A stretch of 64,000 nt of DNA, from assembly GCA_018175075.1 (NCBI GenBank), contig GCA_018175075.1_4100.1; one strand, written 5' to 3'. The position numbers and the translations under genes are program-made. The DNA is from a phage. Shown here piece after piece: positions 28,211 to 37,996 of this stretch (the stretch's first letter is position 1; each line of letters begins with the position of its first letter). The notes beneath the pieces are model-generated. The model was not told the origin of the DNA, did not search any database, and worked only from the letters and a program-made list of their open reading frames with translations.

Positions 28211-29401
28211 TTACAATTGTCTAGGTGTATCCAGTACATATCTATTTGTACGAGGACCACCATCATCATGCGTTCCGGTTGAATATATATTTTTCATATC
28301 AGCAGTTAGGAAAGTACGATACGAACCGCGATATATTTTAATTTTATCATACATAGAATATGTTATTCCTGACGGCAATGGACATGCAGTAAATTTACCA
28401 ATGGTAACATTAGAACCAACACCTAATGTACCAGCATAACCACTCGCATTTAAACCAGTTGCATATACACCTGTACTCGTAACTAGTATACTAGATTGTG
28501 ATGCATATCCAGTATGGATTGAATAATAAGTTCCTGATGGTAATGTAGTACTATTATTCCCTAATACTGCTAGTGCTGTACTATTCGTAGTGTTATTACC
28601 CCATGCCCCATTATTAGCTAATCCACCAACTAGAAACTGACGTGCTCCTGTATTTGGATTCTCCACTAAAGCACTGACAGCACCAAATGAACAAACAGTA
28701 TATTGTAATGTTTTTGTATATGTGGTACTTGGCTTATACAAAGTATATTCATTAAATGGTGTCCATGTGGTACTAGTACTTATGCCAGATGTACTACCAC
28801 CAATATATAAATTATTTTGTGTATCAAAAAACATTGCACAGTAATTTGTTGACTGTATTTGTGCAATATCTACATCTGGTGTTACCGCTTTAACAAATGA
28901 ACCATCTGATATTTGATAAGTAGTTCCTGTACCATCTGCGAATTGTCTAGCACTATTCCACCCTGTACTCCATATTGTATTATTATCCATTAAGAAAGTA
29001 AACCACGTAGTACCTGCATACATCTGTTTAATTGAAGTACTTGAACTTTGTGTGTACAAATTTTCAATATATTGGTTATAACTTAAAAATGATGTAGTAC
29101 TAGTTTCTAAACCAATATGACTACCATATCCACAATAAAAATAATTTAAGTCATTATCTTGTACTAACAAAGTTCCTTGTGTCATCCAGCAATCTTTGAC
29201 ATTTTCTCTAATTAATGTCCACGACCTTACTGCATTATTATTTCCTCTACCAAACTTCCCATAACTATTACTGCCTCGTGCGTATAGTTGACCGTCGGTA
29301 TAAAGTACAACAACCTCAGTATCAGTTGGTATTATTTTCTTAATTTGTAGTGGTACAGGCACAATATTCCCATAATTCATCATTCTTGCAAAAGGTAACA
29401 T
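28211..29401 (-). CDS. RCC1-like repeat protein paralog H, 396 aa
   Basis: MLPFARMMNYGNI; repeats SNSYGKFGRG, GYAGTLGVG. Confidence 0.7.
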   Translation of the reverse strand: MLPFARMMNYGNIVPVPLQIKKIIPTDTEVVVLYTDGQLYARGSNSYGKFGRGNNNAVRSWTLIRENVKDCWMTQGTLLVQDNDLNYFYCGYGSHIGLETSTTSFLSYNQYIENLYTQSSSTSIKQMYAGTTWFTFLMDNNTIWSTGWNSARQFADGTGTTYQISDGSFVKAVTPDVDIAQIQSTNYCAMFFDTQNNLYIGGSTSGISTSTTWTPFNEYTLYKPSTTYTKTLQYTVCSFGAVSALVENPNTGARQFLVGGLANNGAWGNNTTNSTALAVLGNNSTTLPSGTYYSIHTGYASQSSILVTSTGVYATGLNASGYAGTLGVGSNVTIGKFTACPLPSGITYSMYDKIKIYRGSYRTFLTADMKNIYSTGTHDDGGPRTNRYVLDTPRQL

Positions 29402-29472
29402 AATTCCCCTCCTTATTCATTATACTATATTTAATACAAATAAGAAAGCCAGTATCAAGTACTGGCCTATAT
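29402..29472 (-). promoter_or_regulatory. late-type cassette: terminator hairpin, TATAAT, GGAGG RBS
   Basis: GCCAGTA-TCAA-GTACTGGC hairpin plus TATAAT/RBS. Confidence 0.55.
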
Positions 29473-30642
29473 TTAAACTGGCGAATCTAATATAAATTCT
29501 AAACTACTAATGCCACCATATGTGACATCTGTTCCCGTGCTATATACAAAATTACCATCAGTTATATAAGTTCGGTTATAACTACCTGCCATCTGTGACT
29601 TACTATAATCAAACCCATCAGGTACGATTGCTTTGGTATATACTAATGCATTAGTAGATGTACCAATACCTAACATACCAGCTTGTGTAGATTGATTGTA
29701 GCCGCAACAATATATACCATCTGTTGTAGCAATAACTTGGTTATAATATGAAGTATTGTTAGCAATGCTTACTACATCACCAGGTGGCATTAGTGATGCT
29801 GTTTGTACCTCAAATGCTCTATAATCTTTGAGAGAACCATCTTTCCCATCTGCTTGTGCACCAAATATTCTTGAACCACCATTTGCGATGATAGTTTTAC
29901 CAGTGGGATCAGTGCCTATTGCCATTGCCATTGAAGTACCATTATTCACATAGTACTTTATATTAATTGTATTACTTAAGCTGGTAGGAGCACCATAATA
30001 TATATTATATAACTTACTTCCTGAACTTGTAACTGCATTGACTCTTCCTGTATAAAATAACCATCCTTGGTTTGTAACATAACCGTGCATTAAATTACTT
30101 GCAAACAATTTAACAGGTAATTGATTTGCTGCGGTAGGAACAGTACTTTTGACGAATCTACCAGAAACATGGTTAATTGTTGTCCCATCACCCAACTGAC
30201 CATCCGACCCTACTCCAGTACTCCATATTGTTTGGTCTGATAGTAACACACTTGTAGTCTGATAACTAACGGCTATATCTAATATTGGTAATGTTAATGT
30301 ATTGAATATAGGCATAGCAGATGTCCATATTGATACTCCTGACCCTTTCATACCAACAGTTGTTGAACTTCCACTGTACCATATTTCATTATTGCTTTTC
30401 TTAACAACTATCGACGTGGCACCCATCCAAAAATCTTCAACACCAGAAGTACTAAAAGTCCATGTAGTAACAGTATTTTTGTGACCTAAACCCAAAATAC
30501 CATATGCATTATCACCACGCACATATAAATCACCACTGTTTGTTAAAACAGCAACATTATAGTTGTTAGCAAGTATTTTTTTAATATTTGGTTTATCAGG
30601 TGCAATATTCCCGTACTTAAACATCCTCGCAAAAGGTAACAT
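29473..30642 (-). CDS. RCC1-like repeat protein paralog I, 389 aa
   Basis: MLPFARMFKYGNIAP; repeats DNAYGILGLG, SDGQLGDG, TQAGMLGIG. Confidence 0.7.
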   Translation of the reverse strand: MLPFARMFKYGNIAPDKPNIKKILANNYNVAVLTNSGDLYVRGDNAYGILGLGHKNTVTTWTFSTSGVEDFWMGATSIVVKKSNNEIWYSGSSTTVGMKGSGVSIWTSAMPIFNTLTLPILDIAVSYQTTSVLLSDQTIWSTGVGSDGQLGDGTTINHVSGRFVKSTVPTAANQLPVKLFASNLMHGYVTNQGWLFYTGRVNAVTSSGSKLYNIYYGAPTSLSNTINIKYYVNNGTSMAMAIGTDPTGKTIIANGGSRIFGAQADGKDGSLKDYRAFEVQTASLMPPGDVVSIANNTSYYNQVIATTDGIYCCGYNQSTQAGMLGIGTSTNALVYTKAIVPDGFDYSKSQMAGSYNRTYITDGNFVYSTGTDVTYGGISSLEFILDSPV

Positions 30643-30711
30643 ATTTCCTCCTTATTCATTATACTATATTTAATACAAATAAGAATGCCAGTATCAAGTA
30701 CTGGCATTATG
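30643..30711 (-). promoter_or_regulatory. late-type cassette: terminator hairpin, TATAAT, GGAGG RBS
   Basis: GCCAGTATCAAGTACTGGC hairpin plus TATAAT/RBS. Confidence 0.55.
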
Positions 30712-31821
30712 TTATTTTGGTAAATCAATTTTAGTAAAGACTGCAACATCTGCACTTGCACCTGGAATGGCGTAATACGATCCAGTACTATATACATTCC
30801 CGTCTTTGGTTAATAATGATGTTAATCCGTCACTAAAAGCAACATCACTAATCTCACTAACTTCTACAGGTAATTGTAAATTAGCAGCACTATAGATAGC
30901 ACCCGTTTGAGAATTGTTTAATCCCAAACCACGGTTTCCCCCAATACCTTTCTGATATGCACTAGTTAATATAATTTGCGTAGCCGTGCTTGTTGCCTCT
31001 GAATTTGTCATAAACAAAGGTGAATTATTAGGTAAAGTACTTACAGGAACTGCTTTGAATGTAGTTGAATCTGAACTAAGAAAGTTTGGAGTTGTACCAC
31101 ATGTGAAATATGATGTACCATTATAGTAATTGAGTGTATGTCCACCAATAGCTGCATCTATTACACCAGAACTACGCAGTCCCCAAATGTTAACTTGTGT
31201 TCTGTTCCCTGTGCCATGTAATCCACGGTCATTCCACCCTGAACTATATAACTTATTATCTATGCTAATATACATACTATCATTAGGAGTAGACATAACT
31301 TTACGCACATTAGAAGCACATAGTGTTAATGTATATATTGATGAAGAACCAATCCCCAATACACCACGGTATCCATTAGCCCCAGCACCATAGAGTACTG
31401 AACTTGAACTTAGTACAAATATTACACCACTATTGCATACAATATTAGCAATTTGATTCACTGGTATTGTATTTGTAAACCACTCGGTTCTATCAACTAA
31501 TGTAGTACTGTAAGAAGTAGTTGTAGAAGATGTGAACCAGTACGTTTGACCTGATGTCCATATCGTATTATCATTTTTAATAATAACAAGTGTTCGTCCT
31601 CCAGTGAAAAAATTAGAAACATCTGCACTTACTAATATCCATGAAGATACCGTGTTGGTATTACCATTTCCAGATTCACCACCTTGATTTCTGCCTATGT
31701 AATACAATTCATGTGAATCAGTCAATACGAATTGACCTTGAGTAGAAGCACCAACTTTAATTATATTTTTAGGACCAGAGGTAATATTCCCATAATCAAA
31801 TAGTCTTACAAAAGGTAACAT
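30712..31821 (-). CDS. RCC1-like repeat protein paralog J, 369 aa
   Basis: start at MLPFVRLFDYGNI; RBS overlaps stop of K (TAGGAGGGAATATG). Confidence 0.65.
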   Translation of the reverse strand: MLPFVRLFDYGNITSGPKNIIKVGASTQGQFVLTDSHELYYIGRNQGGESGNGNTNTVSSWILVSADVSNFFTGGRTLVIIKNDNTIWTSGQTYWFTSSTTTSYSTTLVDRTEWFTNTIPVNQIANIVCNSGVIFVLSSSSVLYGAGANGYRGVLGIGSSSIYTLTLCASNVRKVMSTPNDSMYISIDNKLYSSGWNDRGLHGTGNRTQVNIWGLRSSGVIDAAIGGHTLNYYNGTSYFTCGTTPNFLSSDSTTFKAVPVSTLPNNSPLFMTNSEATSTATQIILTSAYQKGIGGNRGLGLNNSQTGAIYSAANLQLPVEVSEISDVAFSDGLTSLLTKDGNVYSTGSYYAIPGASADVAVFTKIDLPK

Positions 31822-31829
31822 ATTCCCTC

Positions 31830-33032
31830 CTATTGTTGCCATAACTGCGTTGGCATTAATGTTAGTGTAGTAATACTATAAGTGCCATCAGGCAATCTAC
31901 CACCATTACCATTCCAGCCACCACATGCATATAATTTATAATCTTTAGTAATTATTATGGTTCTGCTCCAATCTTTAGATGCCATAAGAACATTGTCATA
32001 ACCACCACTTATTGCACTAAGATTAAAAATAGCCCAAGTCTTAACTAATGTATTAGTTCCATTACCTTCTTGACCATATGAGTTAGGACCACTACTTCTA
32101 ACATATGGTGCGTATTGTGCCATAGGTGAACCAATTGATGCATTTCCCATATTACTTGGACAAATAAAATTACTGTACTTACTTACATCAACCGTGACCG
32201 ATGTATTCCTAATTGGTGTTAGCTGATTTACTGATGTAGTCGTACCATTACCAGCTTGTCCAGTATTGTTAGACCCACTATAATATACAGGCCCACCAGT
32301 AGTAAACCACCAAGTAACATTGTATGTAGTACTAATATGTTCTACATTACTAATCACGAATTTGTTCAAATATACAACAGAACTACCACCACATCCACTT
32401 TCACCAAAGTTATCCTTACCACAAAACCATGCATCTTTATTTGATTTAATATAGTGCGTTCCTTGTAATGAACATGCCATATCTATAACTTCACCCATAT
32501 TAGTCATAACTGTTAGTGTAGGGATTGAATTTTGATTACCCGACCCACATTCACCATTAGTATTTTTTCCACACGCAATTACTCTACCATCTGTTAATAA
32601 TATTCTAGTACTTTCACCTATATATACACTCTTGATCATATTAGCCATTACGCCAATTTTATTAAATGAAGCAGTAACATCAGTCCATGTTCTCAAATAA
32701 CCACTAACAGGTGTTGCATCTCCATAATCAGAAAATGCACCCACCGACCCAGTGTAGTATATTTTATTATCCAAATCAACCATCAATGAACCATGAACAC
32801 CCAGCCAATAGGCTGCACAGTTACGTGCAAGTACAGTAAATGACGGAACTGCTGCTGAATTCCCAAGACCAAATTGAGACATGTTATTACTACCATAACC
32901 ATATAAAGTATTAGTTGGGCTATGTAGATACATACAGTTTGTATAATGTTGTTGTAAAACATCTGAGAACTCTATAGGTTCTGGCCCTGGTGCAATATTA
33001 CCGTACTTAACCATTCTAGCAAAAGGTAACAT
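31830..33032 (-). CDS. RCC1-like repeat protein paralog K, 400 aa
   Basis: MLPFARMVKYGNIAP; repeats NNMSQFGLG, SYGQEGNG. Confidence 0.7.
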   Translation of the reverse strand: MLPFARMVKYGNIAPGPEPIEFSDVLQQHYTNCMYLHSPTNTLYGYGSNNMSQFGLGNSAAVPSFTVLARNCAAYWLGVHGSLMVDLDNKIYYTGSVGAFSDYGDATPVSGYLRTWTDVTASFNKIGVMANMIKSVYIGESTRILLTDGRVIACGKNTNGECGSGNQNSIPTLTVMTNMGEVIDMACSLQGTHYIKSNKDAWFCGKDNFGESGCGGSSVVYLNKFVISNVEHISTTYNVTWWFTTGGPVYYSGSNNTGQAGNGTTTSVNQLTPIRNTSVTVDVSKYSNFICPSNMGNASIGSPMAQYAPYVRSSGPNSYGQEGNGTNTLVKTWAIFNLSAISGGYDNVLMASKDWSRTIIITKDYKLYACGGWNGNGGRLPDGTYSITTLTLMPTQLWQQ

Positions 33033-33104
33033 ATTTCCCTCCTTTATTCATTATATTATATTTAATCAAAAATAAAAGCCAGTACTTGAGTACTGGCATA
33101 TCAA
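33033..33104 (-). promoter_or_regulatory. late-type cassette: terminator hairpin, TATAAT, GGAGG RBS
   Basis: perfect palindrome GCCAGTACT-TGA-AGTACTGGC plus TATAAT/RBS. Confidence 0.55.
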
Positions 33105-34271
33105 TTACGAAAAACGTGGATCATCAAGAACAAACACGGTACTACTTGGACCACCTTGTGTGGTGACAGCACTAGTACTGTAAAGAAAGTTACCATCTGT
33201 CATATAAGTTCTACGATTCGTACAAATAACTCTTACTTTATTCATATCGATATCAGGATTAGGTAATGGACATGAAGTATACACTGATACATCAGTACTT
33301 GTTCCTATTCCCAGCGTACCTTCATTTGTGGTTGAACCGCTATTCAACCCACTAGCATATATACCACTGCTTGTAATAACAAAAGTGGCGTAGAATGGAG
33401 AACCTTCACCTATATTTAATTTAGTTCCAGGTGGTTGTCTTGCCGCAGCAACCGCACCATATGCTTTCCCACCAGATGTGGCAAGATTACCAAGAGCACC
33501 ATACTGTTGTTGTCCACCATTATACACTGTGTTAGTGCCATCACTGTTAGTGTGGATACCAATAGAATTATAGTTACTGTTGCTATATACTAAAGCGGCA
33601 TTAGAAGTAACTGTATTTCGTGTATATACTTTATATTGTTGGGTAAAATTACCACTAGTGGACGTACCCTGTACAGTTCCAGTGTAGTATATATATCCGT
33701 CTGTACCAATGAATGAGTGCATAACACTACCTGCAAAAATTTTTTCTGGAGTAACACCTGACGGTATTGTTGATTGTACAAATCTACCCACTACATTTGT
33801 TGTTGTATTATTTCCCAATTGACCGGAGTCACCATAACCACTTGACCATATGGTATTGTTCTCAAGAAGAACACTAATTGATAATCTTGATAAAGCTATT
33901 TCTTTAACATCACTTTCTAATGTATCAAAAAATGAAGTACAATTTGTCCAAGTGTTCACTACGCTAGAACTAACACCAATTTGTTTATTATCACCAGAAC
34001 TATAATAATTCCCATCATATGTTTGTATAAGTATAACAGAACCACCAACCCATACTTTATCAACTGAACCAAACGTTCTTGTCCATGTGGTAACTATATC
34101 CCCGCTATTATTACCCAATCCAAAGCAACCACTACTATCTACGCCTCGTACATATAAATCTCCTGAAGTCATCAGAACTGCACAGAATGATTGTGCACCT
34201 TTAACATCTTTAATTGGCTCTGGTTCAGGTGCAACATTTCCATAATCAAACATTCTAACAAAAGGTAACAT
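33105..34271 (-). CDS. RCC1-like repeat protein paralog L, 388 aa
   Basis: start at MLPFVRMFDYGNV; repeats DSGQLGNN, NEGTLGIG; first gene of the cluster. Confidence 0.7.
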   Translation of the reverse strand: MLPFVRMFDYGNVAPEPEPIKDVKGAQSFCAVLMTSGDLYVRGVDSSGCFGLGNNSGDIVTTWTRTFGSVDKVWVGGSVILIQTYDGNYYSSGDNKQIGVSSSVVNTWTNCTSFFDTLESDVKEIALSRLSISVLLENNTIWSSGYGDSGQLGNNTTTNVVGRFVQSTIPSGVTPEKIFAGSVMHSFIGTDGYIYYTGTVQGTSTSGNFTQQYKVYTRNTVTSNAALVYSNSNYNSIGIHTNSDGTNTVYNGGQQQYGALGNLATSGGKAYGAVAAARQPPGTKLNIGEGSPFYATFVITSSGIYASGLNSGSTTNEGTLGIGTSTDVSVYTSCPLPNPDIDMNKVRVICTNRRTYMTDGNFLYSTSAVTTQGGPSSTVFVLDDPRFS

Positions 34272-34373
34272 ATTTCCTCCTTTATTCATTATATCATATT
34301 TACCCCATAAACAAAACCCTTGACAACCTTCCAGTACTGGTGTACTATAGAAGGAATATAAGGAGAACTACAC
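34272..34373. promoter_or_regulatory. divergent promoter region
   Basis: plus strand TTGACA (34320), 17 nt, TACTAT; minus strand TATAAT plus AGGAGG for paralog L. Confidence 0.5.
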
Positions 34374-34601
34374 ATGACAAATACTCTTAAGTACTACATT
34401 AATACTCTAAATGAACTAGAGTACGCGAAGTTTCTCGCGGATAGTTCGTGGCTAATTGAGCTAAAAAATTATAATAGTCCAGGATGCACCCTTATGATGA
34501 ACAATGCAATTGATACCCTCATTGTGAGTATTTTACACAGCAACATCTGCGGGGATAGAAACAAACAATTATCAAAAATCTTAGTACTGCTATCTATATG
34601 A
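34374..34601 (+). CDS. tandem family 1 small protein
   Basis: AAGGAG RBS; YYINTL N-terminal motif, hydrophobic C-terminus. Confidence 0.5.
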   Translation: MTNTLKYYINTLNELEYAKFLADSSWLIELKNYNSPGCTLMMNNAIDTLIVSILHSNICGDRNKQLSKILVLLSI

Positions 34602-34801
34602 ATATCGAACAGTACTACATCGATGCACTACCAACAAAAGGTCTACGTGAAAGCCTACTGCATACACAAACTAATTTCAAACACCTCAAACGTAGCCCTA
34701 AACTCCTGAACTCGTACAGGAATAATAACATAAGAAATGCTTTACAAGGGGTAGAATGTATGCAATACTATTACATCCTTACCCTATTAATCGAGTACTA
34801 A
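34598..34801 (+). CDS. tandem family 1 small protein
   Basis: ATGA overlap; family motifs. Confidence 0.5.
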   Translation: MNIEQYYIDALPTKGLRESLLHTQTNFKHLKRSPKLLNSYRNNNIRNALQGVECMQYYYILTLLIEY

Positions 34802-34802
34802 T

Positions 34803-35012
34803 ATGAATACTGAACATAAAGAATTCTACACCAAATACCTTAGCAACGAAGAACAATTGTTTCTAAGGAGTGTATCACCTGTAAGTACCAATACTCAATT
34901 CGGTAGAGATTGCTTTAATAATTGTATACGTAGTACTCTAGAAGCAATCGAATGCAATAACAAAAATATTATGTACTCAGGTTTAATAGGACTAATATAT
35001 TTCTATGAATAA
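34803..35012 (+). CDS. tandem family 1 small protein
   Basis: near-duplicate of 38188 gene (MNTEHKEFY...). Confidence 0.55.
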   Translation: MNTEHKEFYTKYLSNEEQLFLRSVSPVSTNTQFGRDCFNNCIRSTLEAIECNNKNIMYSGLIGLIYFYE

Positions 35013-35199
35013 TCATAAAGATTTCTATTGTAGTAAACTACCCAAACAAGAACAGCTATCATTCTCTTTAGCACCACCTATGAGAAAGGATAATCTGTAT
35101 TATAATTACGATTTCAGGATGGTGACACGTTATGCAATAGAACATCAGTTCCCTGAAACTAAGTACCGCTCTATCCTGAACCTCATCTTTAAGTTCTAA
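35005..35199 (+). CDS. tandem family 1 small protein
   Basis: related to 38390 gene (MNNHKDFY...). Confidence 0.55.
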   Translation: MNNHKDFYCSKLPKQEQLSFSLAPPMRKDNLYYNYDFRMVTRYAIEHQFPETKYRSILNLIFKF

Positions 35200-35251
35200 A
35201 AGGTACACCAGGGACCGAGTACTTTAATATAGTAAGGCTAATTACATTATA

Positions 35252-35437
35252 ATGAATCATATAAGCTACTACTACCAACAACTATCCGACAGAGACAAGT
35301 ACAGTCACAACTCCCATGTGTGGTACTACAAACGCGGCAGTATAAGAGACAAACAACATTACTTCTGTATTTCTATTAAAGAAGCACTGACAACTAAGTA
35401 CACGTACCGAGCAGTACTTAAACTTATTGAAATGTAA
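35252..35437 (+). CDS. tandem family 1 small protein
   Basis: C-terminal YTYRAVLKLIEM motif. Confidence 0.5.
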   Translation: MNHISYYYQQLSDRDKYSHNSHVWYYKRGSIRDKQHYFCISIKEALTTKYTYRAVLKLIEM

Positions 35438-35447
35438 AGAGAATACT

Positions 35448-35630
35448 ATGAACATTGAATTGTACTTAAGTAAATTACAGCCTGGCGATAGATTCATCTA
35501 CAATAAGTTCGAATTCAACTACAAGAACGGGAGCAACAAATATCGTCGAGGATACCTATATACAAGCACAAGAGATGCACAAAACGAAAAGTACACATAC
35601 AGAGAAGTACTTAAACTAATCTCTATTTGA
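35448..35630 (+). CDS. tandem family 1 small protein
   Basis: start at internal ATG (MNIELY); C-terminal YTYREVLKLISI. Confidence 0.5.
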   Translation: MNIELYLSKLQPGDRFIYNKFEFNYKNGSNKYRRGYLYTSTRDAQNEKYTYREVLKLISI

Positions 35631-35638
35631 GGTAATAT

Positions 35639-35824
35639 ATGAATACATTTGAGTACTATACCAATAAACTATCTATGCCTGAAAGATCTCATCTCTATGT
35701 GTGGAGAAATGCGTATAAAAGCGGCAATAAACTTATACAAAGAAATTCCCTTACAGTGTGTACAAATTTAATTAAAGCAGAGTACCGCACATATATTGAA
35801 GTACTGAAACTAATCTCTATCTAA
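35639..35824 (+). CDS. tandem family 1 small protein
   Basis: MNTFEYY...EVLKLISI. Confidence 0.5.
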   Translation: MNTFEYYTNKLSMPERSHLYVWRNAYKSGNKLIQRNSLTVCTNLIKAEYRTYIEVLKLISI

Positions 35825-35832
35825 GGTACTCT

Positions 35833-36012
35833 ATGCAAGAATTCTATATCTATAAACTTCAGCACAAAGATAGATACAACTATAATAAATTCCAAAGGTA
35901 CTACACAGTCGGGAACAAAAGAGATAAAAAACGATACTTTCTATCATGTACAGTAGAAGCACAAAACGAAAAGTACACGTACAGAGAAGTACTGAAACTC
36001 ATCTCTATGTAA
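35833..36012 (+). CDS. tandem family 1 small protein, 59 aa
   Basis: MQEFYIYKL...YTYREVLKLISM; below track size cutoff. Confidence 0.45.
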   Translation: MQEFYIYKLQHKDRYNYNKFQRYYTVGNKRDKKRYFLSCTVEAQNEKYTYREVLKLISM

Positions 36013-36020
36013 GGAATAAT

Positions 36021-36200
36021 ATGCAAGAATACTATATAGAACACATAAGCATTAAAGACCGTTTCATGTACGACACCTTCGTGAAGTACTACAACCTGGC
36101 AACTAACAGTACTAAAAATATTAATCTCAATAGCTGCATTCATCACGCACTAACAAAAGATAATCCCTTCAGGGAAATCCTCGCACTAGCATCTGTATAA
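36021..36200 (+). CDS. tandem family 1 small protein, 59 aa
   Basis: MQEYYIEH with AAGGA RBS; track ORF 35946 has spurious upstream extension. Confidence 0.45.
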   Translation: MQEYYIEHISIKDRFMYDTFVKYYNLATNSTKNINLNSCIHHALTKDNPFREILALASV

Positions 36201-36210
36201 AGGAAACCAA

Positions 36211-36870
36211 ATGAAACTTAATGCACACAGCAAACAATACCTTAAGCACTTTAAGTACCTCAACAGTATTCAAGCAGAATCTTTTACACCAGCATATACG
36301 TATCACCCAAATGTACTAAAGAAACGAAATAAAAAGAAAAAATCCAGAAATGTTCTCGTATCTAAGAACCTCAAATCGTACTTGAAGAAAAATAATATAG
36401 CTCTTGCTTTTATTAATATCTATAATACTGATTTAAAAGTATTGAGTACTAATACCAGCACAAAAGCACTAAAGAATGCATCTATCTATATACACATGGA
36501 TAATATCCCGTGCACTATAATTCTATCTTTCGGGAATGTATACTTCTTCGGGAATTGTAATAGCACCCATGATATCAGTACTGCACAATTCCAAATCGGC
36601 GATATGTACTGCATGGGTTCAGAAAAAATACACGATAACATGCACTTCTTCCAAAAGCAACGTACTAACGAAACTGATACAGTACTGCAATTCCTCAAAG
36701 AACTAGAACACAAAGAATTATCCGAGGAAGAAGAATTCATGTACAGTACTGTAATCGATAATCCAGAACTCTATAAAAACGCGTACAAACTAACAAAACA
36801 TGTACAGGAACTTATCAGTACTGATAAGAAATTTCATCACCTCATTACGTATATTTCAAACTATGTATAA
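36211..36870 (+). CDS. hypothetical protein, 219 aa, embedded in tandem array
   Basis: AAGGAAA RBS; unrelated larger ORF. Confidence 0.5.
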   Translation: MKLNAHSKQYLKHFKYLNSIQAESFTPAYTYHPNVLKKRNKKKKSRNVLVSKNLKSYLKKNNIALAFINIYNTDLKVLSTNTSTKALKNASIYIHMDNIPCTIILSFGNVYFFGNCNSTHDISTAQFQIGDMYCMGSEKIHDNMHFFQKQRTNETDTVLQFLKELEHKELSEEEEFMYSTVIDNPELYKNAYKLTKHVQELISTDKKFHHLITYISNYV

Positions 36871-37045
36871 AGAATACTACAAAGATAAAATCCCAATGCA
36901 TCTACAACACCATATACCAAACGTTGCATTGGGTATCAAAGATCACGCAAAGATAATGTTCCAACAATGTACTAAGTACACGCTCATATACGATGATAAT
37001 CCATATATGCTGTACTACGTAGTAATGCTAACATTCAGGTACTAA
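36863..37045 (+). CDS. tandem family 1 small protein
   Basis: MYKEYYKDKIP...MLTFRY; start overlaps upstream stop. Confidence 0.5.
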   Translation: MYKEYYKDKIPMHLQHHIPNVALGIKDHAKIMFQQCTKYTLIYDDNPYMLYYVVMLTFRY

Positions 37046-37046
37046 T

Positions 37047-37226
37047 ATGAATACTTATAAAGAATTCTACCTCTCGTACCTTAATTCCGATATAGTAACA
37101 TCCAATACATTCAGTACTAAAATTATCTATAATGAATTAATGAAAGAATGTATTAAAGGTGCTATTAACCCTAAAGATACGTATGACTTGTACTATGCAG
37201 TACTAACCCTTGTTTTCACGAAATAA
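37047..37226 (+). CDS. tandem family 1 small protein, 59 aa
   Basis: MNTYKEFYLSYL...LTLVFTK; below track size cutoff. Confidence 0.45.
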   Translation: MNTYKEFYLSYLNSDIVTSNTFSTKIIYNELMKECIKGAINPKDTYDLYYAVLTLVFTK

Positions 37227-37234
37227 CACATAAT

Positions 37235-37426
37235 ATGAATAACCACAAAGAATACTACATAGAGAAACTCCCAATGTATCTCCAACACCTTGTACCAACA
37301 GAACCATTGGGTATAGAAAAAAACTACGAAAAAGACTACTTCATTCAGTGCACTAAATCCTCGATATATATTGAAGACTATAATCGAGTACTGTATCACA
37401 TCCTTTTACTAATATATAGGTACTAA
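37235..37426 (+). CDS. tandem family 1 small protein
   Basis: MNNHKEYYIEKLP...LLLIYRY. Confidence 0.55.
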   Translation: MNNHKEYYIEKLPMYLQHLVPTEPLGIEKNYEKDYFIQCTKSSIYIEDYNRVLYHILLLIYRY

Positions 37427-37427
37427 T

Positions 37428-37610
37428 ATGCACAAAGAATACTACACACAATTTCTCCCCAGCATTTTTGAACACTACGCCAGATACAAAGTCCCTATGG
37501 ATAACGATTTGGCAGTACTGGGATTCAATAACTGCATAGAACGAAGTATAGAAAATAGTAGTAGTTATGACCAGCTATATAACACTATCCTACTTATATT
37601 CAGGTACTAA
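37428..37610 (+). CDS. tandem family 1 small protein
   Basis: MHKEYYTQFLP...LLIFRY. Confidence 0.55.
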   Translation: MHKEYYTQFLPSIFEHYARYKVPMDNDLAVLGFNNCIERSIENSSSYDQLYNTILLIFRY

Positions 37611-37611
37611 T

Positions 37612-37800
37612 ATGCATAAAGAATACTACACAAAATATTTCCCAATGTACCTCAGTACTAATCTATTAGATAAACCTCGCGGTATCAATGCACAAAACGA
37701 TAAAGTGTATTTTACTATGTGTACTAAAGCATGTATACTAGATTTTGACAGCTACCATCGAGTACTGTATCATACCCTGTACCTAGCTTTCGTATTCTAA
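37612..37800 (+). CDS. tandem family 1 small protein
   Basis: start at MHKEYYTKYF right after upstream stop. Confidence 0.5.
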   Translation: MHKEYYTKYFPMYLSTNLLDKPRGINAQNDKVYFTMCTKACILDFDSYHRVLYHTLYLAFVF

Positions 37801-37809
37801 AAGAACAAT

Positions 37810-37995
37810 ATGCATAAAGAATTCTACTTAAGCCATCTCGATCTAAACTCCCAAATGCTTATACCACTAATCCCAATAGATATCAAGGATAAGAAAAATA
37901 CCGAACAATTCATTTACCATACACAGTGTGCGATCACCCCAAATTACATTCCATATGAATTGTACTACATTATCGCCCTAATATATAGGTACTAA
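37810..37995 (+). CDS. tandem family 1 small protein
   Basis: MHKEFYLSHL...ALIYRY. Confidence 0.55.
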   Translation: MHKEFYLSHLDLNSQMLIPLIPIDIKDKKNTEQFIYHTQCAITPNYIPYELYYIIALIYRY

Positions 37996-37996
37996 T

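Noticed and set aside
20097-34271. Interpreting the minus-strand paralogs as conventional tail fibre genes
   Set aside because: No coiled-coil or trimeric fibre shaft motifs are evident; the repeats fit RCC1-like propeller blades better, so the function is left open.
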